Made by a program: the position numbers and the translations under genes
Source of the DNA: Anthoceros angustus
Lineage: Eukaryota; Plantae; Anthocerotophyta
Direction: 5' to 3'
DNA length: 64,000 nucleotides
NCBI GenBank assembly: GCA_010909165.1
Contig: MU008220.1
Span: 159,764-223,763 of the forward strand
In this document: in pieces, positions 37,123 to 52,215 of the stretch
Layout of the letters: each line of letters begins with the position of its first letter
Position numbering within the stretch: position 1 is the stretch's first letter
The notes under the pieces: generated by a model
The model's input: only the letters and a program-made list of their open reading frames with translations
What the model was told of the DNA's origin: nothing
Database searches by the model: none

Positions 37123-40100
37123 TCGAGGGCCGAGGAAGGCAACTTCCTTGAACCATGGGAATTCCGTTTTCTAGATATTGCATGTAGGGCTATATATGCA
37201 TGTTAGGTAGGCTGGGTAAAATTGGCCGACTCATCAAGGGCACAGTCGGGACATGTATACAATCTCGCTACTCCATGGTGGAGTAGTGAGTTCAACCTAG
37301 GCCGTGAGTATACCATTGAAAATTTTATAGCAACTGCGAATCTAGGTAGGAATCCTAGTGTACTTCCTTTTGGATTGATTACGCAATTCAATGGAGATAC
37401 ACTAGGACAAGCTACTGATTGGCGAGCTACATATAAAGATTTGTAATACAATGATATGCGTAGTTCTTGCATATTAGCGGCAAAGTCGCCTAATGAAATG
37501 GCCAATCCAGCGCCAAGAAGGTAATCGACATCGAGACCTCCATCGCCGAGCTAATTTCTAATAGACGCAATAGGTATAGAGTTTCGATAGGCCTTCACTT
37601 GCGATAATCTACATAGTATGCCGTAATTGCTGAAAAACCAATCTGAGAGGATTTCACGAAGCATGGTTAGTCGTAACATCCGAAATGTAGAGGCATGTTG
37701 AAATGTTGAAATGTCACCGGATGGAAGAGGTTGAAGGACACATGCGGGAAAATGTCATTAGTGTAATGGCGGCATTGAGGTGATTCCACCGAAAACACAT
37801 AGGAGTATTTAGATCCTTAGTCGCTAAGGTTGAAGGATCCTCTGGTGACCTTCTCGAGTGAAGAGGAGCTCACACTTTGACTCCTCATCTCACTTCGAAT
37901 CTTGATCTCACTTCACGAGCTCAAACACAACATCCCAAACGCAAGCGGAAGGTTAGTCAAGCAACCGGAGTATGTGCCTACACAAGAAAACCCTGCGGAT
38001 ATATTAGCTCTTTCAAAAGAGCTGCGAGAAGCATGTTCGAGGTGGGAATAGAGCTCGAGCGCCCAACTAGAGGAAGAAGAGAGCACTTACCACGCTCAAG
38101 ACAGAATGCTAGCGAGGCGATAGACGATCATTCTCATCCTGCAAGAGCGCCAACAACCACTTCATTCATTCACAACTACCGCATTTGCAAGCTCAAAAGG
38201 AACAGTTGCAACCTCGGAAGAAGCAAAAACATCAAAACAAAAGGCGAGGTCGGCACTTGGGAACCGCCACGGTTGGGCACTGAAGAAGGTAATCGACATC
38301 GAGACCTCCATCGCCGCCGAGCTTCCTGCAATAAACCCGTTCAAGTGCCCGCCATACTCCTCTTCACCTTCGTCCTCCCTCTTTGGCCAAACGGCCCATA
38401 AAGCCTCGGCCGTGATCGCCGCACTCTCTTACTTGGTTTTCACTGCTCACCTTCAAGCCCAGCCGTAGTCTCTTGTTCCACCACTTGGGTGGCCACACAT
38501 CAGCATCACCGAGGCGGTGGTGGTGTGCATGATAATTTCTCGCTCCTCAACGATAAGATGCCAATTGTACATGGAGGGCGGTACTGCATTCCAAGATTAG
38601 GACCTTAGGAATCAACAAGACCCCGGTGATACTCGATGAAGCGCTATGGGCCCTAAGATTGAGGCCCCATATGGAGTCTATAGGGACCATGGGCAATTAT
38701 CTCTTCATGATTATCGCTCCGGCCCACTATACTGCTAGTCTTTGAACATGATTCATGTAACCCAGAACTCCGCAAAAACAATTTGAAGATTAACCATAAT
38801 ATTTTAGTATGATGATGCTATTAAATAAGGATGAAATATTTAAAATAATATGTTATAAATTCATTCCAAGATATAACTTACGGATTCTACTTTAATTTGT
38901 ATATGTTATTAATTACCATGAGAAAAGTCGCCACGCTTGTCTCCGTGAAAGACTTTGGAGGTGTTCGAGTTTTGTTCGCCACAAATTTAAAGTTTGAAGA
39001 GCAAGGTCCCGCAATACAATTAGGCCAAAATCATGCAAGTAAGGATAGGTAGATAGATAGATAGATAAATAAATAGAATATTTTACTACATTACTGTCTC
39101 GAACAAGGAAACTAATGCGCCTCGCATGAGGAATATATGTATGTAATGAATGCACATGTCGTCATTCATAAGGTAGAAATAAAAAAGAATGGAAAAATGG
39201 GAAGAGATCTTCGCAGTCGTGATTGGTCTACCCTTTTATTCAACCAACTTCGACAGAGACTCTTTCTTTCATCTTGCTCAAGACTCTCGATAAGGTTTTC
39301 ATGAATCATTCATCTAGCTCGAGGCTTTCAATAAGTTATGCCACACGTTGTTCCCATAGATGTTATTTTTAAAATACGAGATGGGAGATAAAAGGAAGAA
39401 CTTTTATGTAGACTTGAAAAGTGAGATAGTAGACCCTCTAGAAAGAAATTCGTGTCTTGCGTAAATAGGGAGAAGATATAAGACAATTTATTGACAAATA
39501 ACAAGCTAGGCTAGATAGATCAAAGAAGAAGAAAAAAGGTGGAGGAGGAGGAGAAGAAATGTTTTATAGTTCTATTGTTCTATACTTTATAGAAGTGAAG
39601 TTTAGATTAAATTTGGGTTTATATAACCTCAAACAGAGACAAAAAAAGACTAAAAAGTAGTCAAAACTTAAAATTCAATTGAAATATATATGGAAAGTGG
39701 AAAGAACTAAATAGAAAGAGATCCGCCTCATTACAATAGTAGTTGTTGAAATCTATTTCTTCTTTGTCACTCCATGGAAATCCACTTAATGTCTATTTGT
39801 GAACTAGCAGAGAGAGATACACCTGCGGACGGAGCTTAGAACCATTCAAGGAAGATATATGATTATATAAAATAATACAAATTCTGGCAGATTTTGGATA
39901 ATACATGAACTTAGAACTACTTAAGGTCTATATAATAACGGGGAGACTTTATAAAGATGCAAAAGAAATATTTTATAGTTCTATATTTTATAGTAGTGAA
40001 CTTTAGATTAAAATTGGGTTTATATAGACCCAAACAGAGAGAAAGGTACATAAATAAAAGTGGTCAAAACTTGAAATTCAATTGAAAGACATATGGAAAG

Positions 40101-40659
40101 TGAAAAGAATCAAAGAGAAAGAGATCCGCCTCATTACGATAGTAGTTGTTAAAATCTATTTCTTGTCACCCATGGAAATCCACTTAATGTCTATTTGTGA
40201 ACTAGCGAGAGATACACCATGACGGAGCTTAGAACCATTCAAGGAAGATATATGATTATATAAAATAATGCAAATTCGCAGATTTTGGATAATACATGAA
40301 CTTAGAACTACTTAAGGTCTATATAATAACGGGAGACTTTATAAAGATGCAAAAGAAATATTTTATAGTTCTATATTTTATAGTAGTGAACTTTAGATTA
40401 AAATTGGGTTTATATAGACCCAAACAGAGAGAAAGGGGTACATAAATAAAAGTGGTCAAAACTTGAAATTCAATTGAAAGACATATGGAAAGTGAAAAGA
40501 ATCAAAGAGAAAGAGATCCGCCTCATTACGATAGTAGTTGTTAAAATCTATTTCTTATGTCACCCATGGAAATCAACTCAATATCTATTCTTTAACCAAG
40601 AGAGAGATACACCTATGGACGAAGTTTAGAAGTATTAAAAGAAGATATAGAAAAACTAA

Positions 40660-43600
40660 ATTTTTATTGAGGGCAAAACATTCGGAAAAAGCCCATCCAA
40701 AGAAAGGACAACCAAGGGGACCTAAGGATCGAGGTGAAAGGAGCAACAAAGCTCCCTACCGTAGCTTCGATTGCCTCGATGTCGTATGCGGGAAGAGAAA
40801 ACGCCCTACAAACTACGGAGGTTGAGGAGGATGCGCCGCCTAATGTCGCCGCTTTGTGGATGACCAGAGAGGGCTTGTTGAAGAGCAATTGAAACTCGTT
40901 GTCTCAAAGAATGCCGTGAAATAAGTTAGAGAGGGACAGCCCCGTGCCTACGGGCATGATAAATAGTTGAGGACTTGAGAAAAGTATCAAAGTCCCGAGC
41001 CAACGCCCATATGTTTCAAGGGTGAGCGGAATGAATTGGTGGCCCGCTTGCATCGCGCTATATTCCCCGACTTTGATAGCGCCGCTCCAGCCCAACCCGC
41101 ATGGTTAGTGATGATAAGGATGGAGTCGCGTGAAGGCTCGATTACCACCACATCCACCATCAAAACCCGTTTGCATGGACAAGTCACCGATTGACCGACC
41201 AAGATGAAGAGTGTACCCCGCTCCCTCCAAAGCTATGTAGGCACGCAAACGTGATATCACAGATGGTGTCATGGGTGGAAATGCGATGATCCCATGGGGG
41301 TAACGAGCAAGGTGTATCCCGAGTCATCAAGGCGAGCCGCATTCGCAAGTAAGGAGAGGAAGCCACGGGCTGGAGCAGGCCAAGGCAGGCGCTCGATGAG
41401 AAGGTGGTTGGTGCGATGTGAAAGCCTTGTATACATGGACGAGCCAATAGCTGTGCACCGCGCCTTCAGAGGAAGAGCAAAGTCGCACTCTCGTGGACCT
41501 CGGAATGGAGGGGTCCATGAGGACGGACTAGAAGGCCTTACAAAGTTGCTTCTCAAGCGTGGATGCTTACAACCCCAAGCCACGGGGCAACGCATGGATG
41601 AGATAACCAGGCGCCTAGCAAAAGAAGAGAAAAGTATACCAAAGGCCATCCGTGCATCCTCCGGCAAAGAGAAGTCCTCGCGATGTGGGAGAGGTCTTCC
41701 AGCGAGGCGAGGAACCTCCAAATGAAGTCAAGAGAAGCAAAGGGACTCCCAAAATCCAGCAGGGCAGGGGCTAGAGCAATATTCTCCCTGCAGAATCGCA
41801 AAGTAGGGGTGATCTCAGAGACCAGACAGCACTTGGACAGCTTGACCTTCAAGCCCACCAAAGAAAGCTCATGTGAGAAGAGCTCAAGGCCTCCTTGACC
41901 TTGTCCCTCTAGAGGCTCGAGGATGTGAGAGTCATTTACCAAGGGAAGACATAGTCACATGCAGAGGAGGCAGCCACGGATAGGGCCCTGTGAGCGATTG
42001 CAAAGAGAGCACCTCCCAGGGTCGCCCTACGATACACATGGGCGACTCCAAGACAAAGATGGCAAATCACGATGGTACGTTCTTGTCGATAGTAGAGATT
42101 GGAGGACCTCCGTAGAAGCTCCCCAAAGGTATAAGGCTCCCAAGACACCTCCAGTCCTTGAGTTCCTCGAAGATATGACGCCTAGAGATAGTATTGAAGG
42201 CGTTTCTCCACGTCCACTTGTAAGACCACCCACTGGGTGGATATAGAGGCATGCCATCACTCCAAACACCACGGACTCGCAACCCCGGGAGCTCCTAGAA
42301 GGGACAGGCATTGCCGTACTATTTAGTACGGCCGAGCCGCGCACGTTGACGGAAGAGTACAAATGGTGGGAGCTTGTTGAAGAGCAATTGAAACTCGTTC
42401 TAAAGAATGCCGTGAAATAAGTTAGAGAGGGACAGCCCCGTGCCTACGGGCATGATAAGCCTTAGCGCAGGACTTGAGAAAAGTATCAAAGTCCCGAGCC
42501 AACGCCCATATGTTTCAAGGGTGAGCGGAATGAATTGGTGGCCCGCTTGCATCGCGCTATATTCCCCGACTTTGATAGCCGCCTCCGCAGCCCAACTCGC
42601 ATGGTTAGTGATAACCCGCGGATGGAGTCAAGTGGCCACCACCACATCCACCATCAAAACCGTTGCCGCGGACGAGGTACAAGTCACCGATTGACCGACC
42701 AAGATGAAGAGTGTACCCCGCTCCCTCCGGCTATGTAGGCACGCAAACGTGATATCACAGATGGTGTCATGGGTGGAAATGCGATCCCATGGGGGTAACG
42801 AGCAAGGTGTATCCCGAGTCATCAAGGGCGAGCCGCATTCGCAAGTAAGGAGAGAGGAAGCCACGGCCGGAGCAGGCCAAGACGGAAGCGCATCGCAGAG
42901 AGAAGGTGGTTGGTGCGATGAAAGCCTTGTATACATGGACGAGCCAATAGCTGTGCACCGCGCCTTCAGAGAGGAAGAGCAAAGCGCACTCTCGTGGACC
43001 TCGGAATGGAGGGGTCCATGAGGACGGACTAGAAGGCCTTACAAAGTTGCTTCTCAGGATGCTTACAACCCCAAGCCACGGGGCAACGTGCGGATGAGAT
43101 AACCAGGCGCCTAGCAAAAGAAGAGAAAAGTATACCAAAGGCCATCCGTGCATCCTCCGGCAAAGAGAAGTCCTCGCGATGTGGGAGAGGTCTGAGAGCT
43201 GGACGAGGAACCTCAAATGAAGTCAAGAGAAGCAAAGGGACTCCCAAAATCTGCAGTCGGGGCTAGAGCAATATTCTCCCGCAGAGAATCGCAAAGTAGG
43301 GGTGATCTCCGACAGACAGACACTTGGACAGCTTGACCTTCAAGCCCACCAAAGAAAGCTCATGTGAGAAGAGCTCAAGGCCTCCTTGACCTTGTCCCTC
43401 TAGAGGCTCGAGGATGTGAGAGTCATCTACCAGAAGGGAAGACATAGTCACATGCAGAGGAGGCACTGGATAGGGCCCTGAGTGAGCGATTGCAAAGAGA
43501 GCACCTCCCAGGGTCGCCACCGACACCGTGGACGACTCCAAGACAAAGATGGCAACTCGATGGTAATGCGTTCTTGTCCGATAGTAGAGATTGGAGGACC

Positions 43601-43805
43601 TCCGTAGAAGCTCCCGACAAAGGGTATAAGGCTCCCAAGACACCTCCAGCGTCCTTGAGTTCCTCGAAGATGACGCCTCTAGAGATAGTATTGAAGGCGT
43701 TTCTCCACGTCCACTTGTAAGACCATCCACTCTGGGTGGATATAGAGGCATGCCATCACTCCAAACACCACGGACTCGCAACCCCCAGGAGCTCCTAGAG
43801 AAGGG
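40660..43805 (-). mobile_element. CRE-like RT/RLE copies (40660-42305; 42372-43805)
   Basis: Same sequence as 865-2595. Confidence 0.85.
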
Positions 43806-46557
43806 ACTGGCATTGGCGTATTATTTAGTACGGATGAGCTGCGCCCTTACGTTACAGCGGAAGAGTACAAATGGTGGGAGCAGTTCTGTGTTGATTAGGA
43901 GGAGATTGGTGTTATAGTGGACAACCATATCGGGCTGGTTCTGCAACGCCCATAGAAGTGGTTTTCTAGGTTGGAGGCCGATGGCACGGTCGAGCCACTT
44001 CGTGTTCTCGATGAGGCTTTGCTGGAAGCAGCATATTGCGGGAACTTCCACAACGCGATATGTATTTGGGGGCATATAAAAACTTGTGCATGCAAGAAGA
44101 AGAAATGACGCCAGCGTTTGAATGGCGATATTACGGAGATCAAGAAAGGAATGTTCCTAGCAGTTCCTTGCACTATAGACACTCACAGCCATTTTGGATT
44201 AAAAAGATCATAGAAGTGAAGTTGGAATCATCGAAATCTCACTTCCTTGTTCGTTGGTATATGACCGAGCATACAAATGCTTATGAGGGAGATATGTGGA
44301 GGAAATATATAATTCAAGGAAGTGGAACCCAACATGGCTTCAAGCTAGGGAACAAAGGGAGTAAAACCTTCTATCCCAAAAATATTCAACAGTCCATGTG
44401 AACGAAACGATAATCCTTTATTATGGATTTGTGTTGAATGCTCGAAAGCATTTACATGTTGTTGACAAGAAAGCGATCGTGATAAGTTGAGTGAATTACG
44501 TGGTTCATGACTACTCAAAGTGCGGTGATCATGAAGATAGTGATGAAAATGGTGCTAACGACAAGCCCAGCACAACGAAGGAGTGAACTCGAGATGAGTA
44601 AACTTGCTTGCATGGAGAAGGAATTGGGAGGAGGCAATGGTTGCCGTATACTCGGATAAATGTAGGGATTGACTTCATCCAATTTAAATTATCGTCTTGC
44701 TTAGGGAGCCTTTGTTATGGTATGTAAGCGGGTGAAAGCTTTTGTCCATTGCCATCGCTTTGCAATAAAAACCATGTTTCCTTATACGTGTTTTCAACAC
44801 AACATTTAAATAATGTACGGGTTGGGGCCGATTAGCCGATGTCCCAAGAATATGGAAAATGTGTTGGCCATAGCCGGACACTTGACCAAGGATGACAAAT
44901 ATATATGCATGTTATCATCACCCCAACCCTCTTGGATCGGTTGCTTGTGTTTGTTATGGTGCTTGTGGTACTGTGGGGACCGAATAGGGCAGCGGTAAAC
45001 CTCCGGGACAAGACAGGCAGCCGACCGTGCCCCGCCTCCACTAGCAGGCCCGCCAAGTATACGTTGCTTAAAAACCCAAAGGCGAGATGACCTTAACCCT
45101 TTGAAAACCCTAGACTTCAAAATGTATTTGCGTAAGACTTTGGTTTTTGCTAACCATACTTTCCCACATTTGGAGGCAAATCCGAGATAAGGGGATTGCT
45201 TTCCGATGGTAAAGGTCAACAGGTGGGTCTTACTTTGCCAAATCATATGGGTAAAGAATTGCGAACACCCTTCTACGTGTACCCATGTTGAAAAAGTGGG
45301 GCAAGGTGAATGGGACACCCTTTTTGTGGTACTTTCACTAAAAGGTGATATCCAACGATTTAAGACCCATGTGGTTAACCCTTTGGCACATGTTTAAGAC
45401 AAAACCCTCATCATGTATATTCCCCTTGAAGGTTTACGGTGTTGGGGGCTCTTGTAGGACCAACAAAAATCTCGCATGAACTCTAGGTGTAGCTCGTCCA
45501 CAAACTCCTCCGCCTTGTTGCTCCACATTTGCGTCTTGACGGCAAGGTGGGTTGTGCATTTTGAGCCTTCTTTCCCTGCGAGCCATGGTACCGCCAACCA
45601 CAAAGGAGAGAAAGGGAGAAGATGGAAAGAGCAACTCGTTTGGTACGAGCGCAAGCTTGGCACCGCGACAAGACAAATCAAGAGAGCAAAAGAGCTTAAG
45701 GTTGCATGCGGCGATGGCGAGAGGGAGAGGTGCACACAAATAGAAAGATGCCCAAGATGAGAATTGAAGGTGCGTTCTTATGCCTCGCATGTTGTCCTTG
45801 CCACCGTGCCTTAATTGTCGGGTTCCTTTGTGAGACACCACGTCCCAAGATCAGTGACAGCGAGGCCACTCTAATCCTTTTGCTTATTATGCCTTATACA
45901 AAGTGCCATATCATCCACTTTACTCCATCCTTTCCTCGCACCGTGCCTTGTGGGGCCACTTTGATTCTCAACCACCCAACCACCTTAACAAAAGGTGCAA
46001 CTCAACGTGACTATTAAGGTGGCTTAGCAAAGTGGCCAAAGCAACGTGGGTCTCTTCTCCGCGTCTTCCCGACTACCATCCTTCTCCATTTCATCCTCCT
46101 GCACCTTTGATCCAATCCTCCGCTTTTGGGGAATCTTGGCCGGCAATCCTTATTTTCCCATTCAAATCGCCTCAAAGAAAAGAAAATCACACACACAACT
46201 GCCTTCCGGGGTTATTAACATCCAATGCGGTCTCCCACATACTGCCCTTCTCATTTGTTGGCATCCTCACCAACCTAGGCATAATACTTCTTCACGCCAA
46301 CCATTCACCGAATTCATTGCTCCATCCTATTGACATAATTGCACATAACCATTTTCAAATACCTCTAGGACGGTATATGATTCCATCCCGTAGGTGCAAC
46401 TTCCCGGAAAATGCATGAATCGCTATCATACAATAATGCGTGGTCACCCGGCTTTACCTACTACCGCAACCGCTTGTCATGCATCCTCTTTCTTTGTGTT
46501 TGTACCATGCCCATTTGGATCCTAGCTTCCTCCATGGACGTTCAAGGAGGGAGCTTA

Positions 46558-48135
46558 CATCGGCTTCTTAGTTTGCCGCTCAATTCTAAGACAGACGCTT
46601 CACACCAAGCGACGCATTTTGCGGTGTTTTCTCTTCCTTGGTGGCATAGTAGTGGTCATTTGATATGTCAAATCGCGTCAATGCCGATGGATCGATGAGC
46701 CTCCTCCGCTTTGTTGTTCTCGGACTTTTGCACAAAGATCTTAAAGTGATGGCTCGCAAATGTTGAGCTTCACTTGCGCCGGTATTTGCCATGTTTGGGT
46801 CGTTGAAGTCAAATATCGCCTTTGACCTACACACACCTCGTGGCACGAGTCCATTGTCCCATTGAACCCGGTCCAGCCACTTGCATGATGCCAATTCGGA
46901 TTCGCATAATGGGCTGTAGCTCCACCCTTTTCCTTTTGCTGTACAACGTTATTTACTCCATCAACTTGATCAAGCATCCTTGCTCGCATCGGATCTCGAC
47001 CCGTCGACTCTAATCGTAACATCCGAGGATGCCTAGGCACCTCTACACGTCTACCACATGGCTTGCTCAAAGGCTCAATCAAGATAGGCCTATATTGACT
47101 AGCAAGAGGTCTCAAGTTCTCCGTCCCATCCATCCTCAAGCATTGAGAGGCAAACCTTTCTCGGTGAGCATTCATTATCTCCCCACAAAATTTGGTCTTC
47201 CCAATCTTGCTGGTGCAATGCTTCAAAGTTGGGGCATGAGGTTCACCGCGGTGACAAATGCTCCCAATCGGATTTCATGGGCTCACAAGCAACGAACACT
47301 TCTTTCTTTGATCTTGGCTTGGGCTTCTTGTCATATCCAAAGTCATGGCATAGAGGTTCGCTATCGCCCAGCCCACCGGCATCTGCTTCCTCAACTTCAT
47401 CCTCTGCACTCAAACCTTCGCTAAATCGAAGGGTACATGGTACACCAACATTAGCCAACTTTGAAAATTTCCTCCTCATCGATTCCACTTCAAAACCATC
47501 TTCCAGCTGTCGTTCCCTCCTATCTGCGCTACGTAACCAATTTAAAGGGTGACCTCGGTCAAAAGCACGCTTATTGATGATACCAGTACACCAAATGAAT
47601 CCGTAACATTTTTCATCGAATATGACCGGTAGAAACCTTTAGAGTACGCTCTTTTGCATCCGCTTCTCAACTTCATCCTCTGCACTCAAACCTTCGCTAA
47701 ATCGAAGGGTACATATCGCCAGCCAACATTAGGCCAACTTTGAAAATTTCCTCATCGATTCCACTTCAAAACCATCTTCCACCGTGACGCTCCTCCTATC
47801 TCGTGCATGTAATCCAATTTAAAGGGTGACCTCACAAAAGCATCGCTGATCACGTGAGTACAACCAAATGAATCCGTAACATTTTTCATCGAATATGACC
47901 GGTAGAAACCTTTAGAGTACGCTCTTTTGCATCCTCGCTCCCAAAGAGCTCAATACGGTTGATCCACACCAAACAATTCGAAAATCGCAGTAATGACTTG
48001 GCCATCTAGGTGATACAGATAGAGCGGATCCGCTTTTGATTGACCTCTGCAAATGATCATCATTGGCCACACATAGATCCCGAATACAATCGACTCTCAA
48101 TATGATTGAATCAACGAATTCCTTCTCATGCCGAA
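46558..48135 (-). pseudogene. TAF1: TAF1 fragment, unit 4 copy (with ~270-bp internal duplication at ~47660)
   Basis: Same sequence as 5319-6660. Confidence 0.83.
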
Positions 48136-48570
48136 GACTTGGCGAGTTTGCCAACCCATGGGCTTATATTAGTGCACTGGTTTGAATGAGCTTCCAGCCC
48201 TAAACTGCATTGACATTTTACGACTTGGCTTGGGCTCTCGCAAACGCCATGAGTCGGTCATCAGATCATAATCATCTTCTTCAAGTATTGAGGTGCAGCG
48301 TAGCGACCAAAGTCGCTCAACATAAAATTGTTGATCCCAAGGGGTATATGGAGCTCCGGTTCCGTGTCCTCAACTTCTTCTCGTATGTCCTCACAAATGG
48401 CGGCATCCTCACCGAGGAAACCTAGAGACAACGACCAAAATCATGAGCGAGGCAACTTGACGAAGGCGGAAAGTGCACTTGCAACACTAAGAGCTAACCA
48501 TCGCACTTCCCAAGCTGCAGCTCGGAGCCCCGTGGGCCAAAGGAAGGTGAGAAGGTCATGATGCAGACAT

Positions 48571-49200
48571 CGGTTGCACCTTCAGCAAGGCACTTGCGTT
48601 TGCCTTGGAAGAAGCAAAATAACATGGTTGCCCACAATCGTGCCCTCCTTCTCCATTTGTCCATACTGAACAAGCGCCTCTTGGCCAAGCCCATGATTTG
48701 CATACCCAACTATCGGGGCCGTCCATGTCACGACATCCTTTACGCCTAACCTATCGAAACCGTGTGTGCCTCTTCCGATTCACCACGGTTTGCGTACATG
48801 TCCACCAGACGGTTGGCAATAAACAAGTTCGGTGGAATGTCACTGCAACATATCATGCCGCACTTTTACGCTGAATTCAGTCCACAAAGAAATGCACAAG
48901 CTTGAAGGGCTGCTACAAAGATGTGGGCATCCGCCTTCACACGAGCGACACATCGCATAGTAAAGTTGTATCGCCTCATTAGGCTCCCCATGTGTAGCAT
49001 GTGCGGAGATTATTGAAAACCACATGAAGGATTTGGTTTGCCCACCCTCCAGCCTACCTCCGGATACATACATCGCAAGATATGGTTCCCCAAGTATGTG
49101 ATTGACTCGTACCCAAGTTTGTTGTGAGATCATGAACGCGTCATCCCACAACCATGTCCTTCTTATCGCACAAAGTTTTAGCACGACATATAAGATGGGT
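48571..49200 (-). pseudogene. PLS-class PPR gene fragment, unit 4 copy
   Basis: Same motifs (ORF 48840-49238). Confidence 0.88.
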
Positions 49201-49621
49201 GAGGAATAGAATAGTCTATCTACGATTTTGAGCTCCAACGGCCTCGATGGCTTTCCCTACTCACATAACGTCTGATGGTTACGGTGTCACGACTCCCATA
49301 TCCAATCCGGCACACCTGTGCTCGGGCTTTGCTTAGAGCTCGACTTGGAAGGAGAAGCACAATGACCCACTGCATATTCAAAGAAACAAGCTTCTCATCC
49401 AACAAGTGGCTTGAACATGTTGTTTAACCCGAGGACCTCACGGACTCCTTGCAGAATGTCGGTGAGCGAGAGCTCCTCTTACCTCGCCTAGTTTCCCACG
49501 CACAAGAGGGGAGTCCTAGGAAGTGGTGATGGGAGGCGGTTACTTGGTGTGGTCACACCGAGAAGCGGTGGCGCTCAAGTCCGCTTCGAGTCCGAGTCCT
49601 ATCTATTCAAATAGGTAGGAC

Positions 49622-49875
49622 TCAAGTCCTTGGTCTTTGGGGTTTGGGAAGAAAGCAGACTCAAGTCCTTGGTCTTGAGGTTTGAATGATGTTCCTTGGT
49701 CCTTGGGAAAGTAGCAAGTAGATAGAAGCCTATTTGAGTCCTTGGTCTTGAGTTGGAAGGATGTTCCTTGGTCCTTGGGAAAATGGTATGTAGATAGAAA
49801 CCTAGTCCTTGGTCTTGAGTTCGGAAGGATGTTCCTTGGTCCTTGGGAAAAGTAGCATGTAGATAGAAACCTATT
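49622..49875 (+). repeat. Minisatellite, unit 4 copy
   Basis: Same repeat as 24550-24796. Confidence 0.9.
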
Positions 49876-52215
49876 TCGAGGAAGGCAACTTCCTTGAACC
49901 ATGGGAATTCCGTTTTCTAGATATTGCATGTAGGGCTATATATGCATGTTAGGTAGATGCAGGGGTAAAATTGGCCGACTCATCAAGGGCCGGTCGGGAC
50001 ATGTATACAATCTCGCTACTCCATGGGTGGAGTAGTGAGTTCAACCTAGGCCGAGTATACCGGTTGAAAATTTTATAGCAACTGCGAATCTAGGTAGGAA
50101 TCCTAGTGTACTTCCTTTTGGATTGCGATATGCAATTCCAATGGAGATACACTAGGACAATGATTAGCGACTACATATAAAGATTTGTAATACAATGATA
50201 TGCGAGTTCTTGCATATTAGCAAGACAAAGTCGCCTAATGAAATGGCCAATCCAGCGCCAAGAATGGCGCCTACGAGCTAATTTCTAATAGGCAATAGGT
50301 ATAGAGTTTCGATAGGCCTTCACTTGCGATAATCTACATAGTATGCGAGTGCTGAAAACCAATCTGAGAGGATTTCACGAAGCATGGTTAGTCGTAACAT
50401 CTGAAATGTAGAGGCATGTTGAAATGTTGAAATGTCAGCTGCACAGATCTGGAAGAGGTTGAAGGACCTGTATGCAGGACGAAATGTCATTAGTGTAATG
50501 GCAGCATTGAGGTGATTCCACTGAAAAACACATAGGAGTATTTAGATCCTTAGCTGCTAAGGTTGAAGGATCCTCTGGTGACCTTCTGAGTGAAGAGGAG
50601 CTCACACTTTGACTCCTCATCTCACTTCCAGAAATCTTGATCTCACTTCCTGAGCTCAAACACAGCATCCCAAACGCAAGCAAGGTTAGTCAGCAACGGA
50701 GTATGTGCCTACACAAGAAAACCCTGCGGATATATTAACGAAAGCTCTTTCAAAAGAGCTGCACGAGAAGCATGTTAAGTGCAGGAATAGAGCTCGGCTC
50801 CAACTAGAGGAAGAAGAGAGCACTTACCACGTTCGGCCAGAATGCTAGCGAGGCGATGAGCGATCATTCTCATCCTGCAAGAGTCGCCAACAACCACTTC
50901 ATTCATTCACAACTACTGCATTTGCAAGCTCAAAAGGAACAGTTGCAACCTCGGAAGAAGCAAAAACATCAAAACAAAAGGCGAGGTCGGCACTTGGGAA
51001 CCGCCACGGTTAGGCCAGAACTGAAGAAGGTAATCGACATCGAGACCTCCATCGCCGCCGAGCTTCCCAGGGCTAAACCCGTTCAAGTGCCCGCCATACT
51101 CCTCTTCACCTTCGTCCTCCCTCTTTGGCCAAACGGTGGGCCCATAAAGCCTCGTGGCCGTGATCGCCGCACTCTCTTTTGGTTTACTGCACAGTATACT
51201 TCACCAGGCCCAGTGTGTCTCTTGTTCCACCACTTGGGTGGCCACATCAGCATCACCAGGCGGTGGTGATAATTTCTCGCTCCTCAACGATAAGATGCCA
51301 ATTGTACATGGAGGCGGGGTGTGCATGATAATTTCTCGCTCCTCAACGATAAGATGCCAATTGTACATGGAGGCGGGCTGCATTCGACTAGGACCTTAGG
51401 AATCAACAAGACCCCGGTGATACTCGATGAACTGCTATGGGCCCTAAGATTGAGGCCCCATATGGAGTCTATAGGGACCATGGGCAATTATCTCTTCATG
51501 ATTATCATCAGCTACTATGACTATAGTCTTTGAACATGATTCATGTAACCGGTAACACGCAAAACAATTTGAAGATTAACCATAATATTTTAGTATGATG
51601 ATGCTATTAAATAAGGATGAAATATTTAAAATAATATGTTATAAATTCATTCCAAGATATAACTTGCACGGATTCTACTTTAATTTGTATATGTTATTAA
51701 TTACCATGAGAAAAAGTCGTCACGTTTGTCTCCGGGAAAGACTTTGAGGTGTTCGAGTTTTGTTCGCCACAAATTTAAAGTCAAGAGCAAGGTCCTGCAA
51801 TACAATTAGGCCAAAATCATGCAAGTAAGGATAGGTAGATAGATAGATAGATAAATAAATAGAATATTTTACTACATTACGGTCTCGAACAAGGAAACTA
51901 ATGCGCCTCGCATGAGGAATATATGTATGTAAACAAGAATGCACATGTCGTCATTCATAAGGTAGAAATAAAAAAGAATGGAAAAATGGGAAGAGATCTT
52001 CACAGCAGTCGTGATTGGTCTACCCTTTTATTCAACCAACTTCGACTCTGTACTGTAGACTCTTTCTTTCATCTTGCTCAAGACTCTCGATAAGGTTTTC
52101 ATGAATCATTCATCTAGCTCGAGGCTTTCAATAAGTTATGCCACACGTTGTTCCCATAGATGTTATTTTTTAAAATACGAGATGGGAGATAAAAGGAAGA
52201 ACTTTTATGTAGACT

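Larger units (their letters stand above)
27111..39414 (+). repeat. Array unit 3 (complete, with a ~1.7-kb internal duplication)
   Basis: Anchor-to-anchor interval; restart at ~28930-28937 (AAAGAAGA). Confidence 0.9.
39415..52215 (+). repeat. Array unit 4 (complete, with internal duplications)
   Basis: Anchor-to-anchor interval; restarts at ~40170, ~42372, ~47660 and ~51320. Confidence 0.9.
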
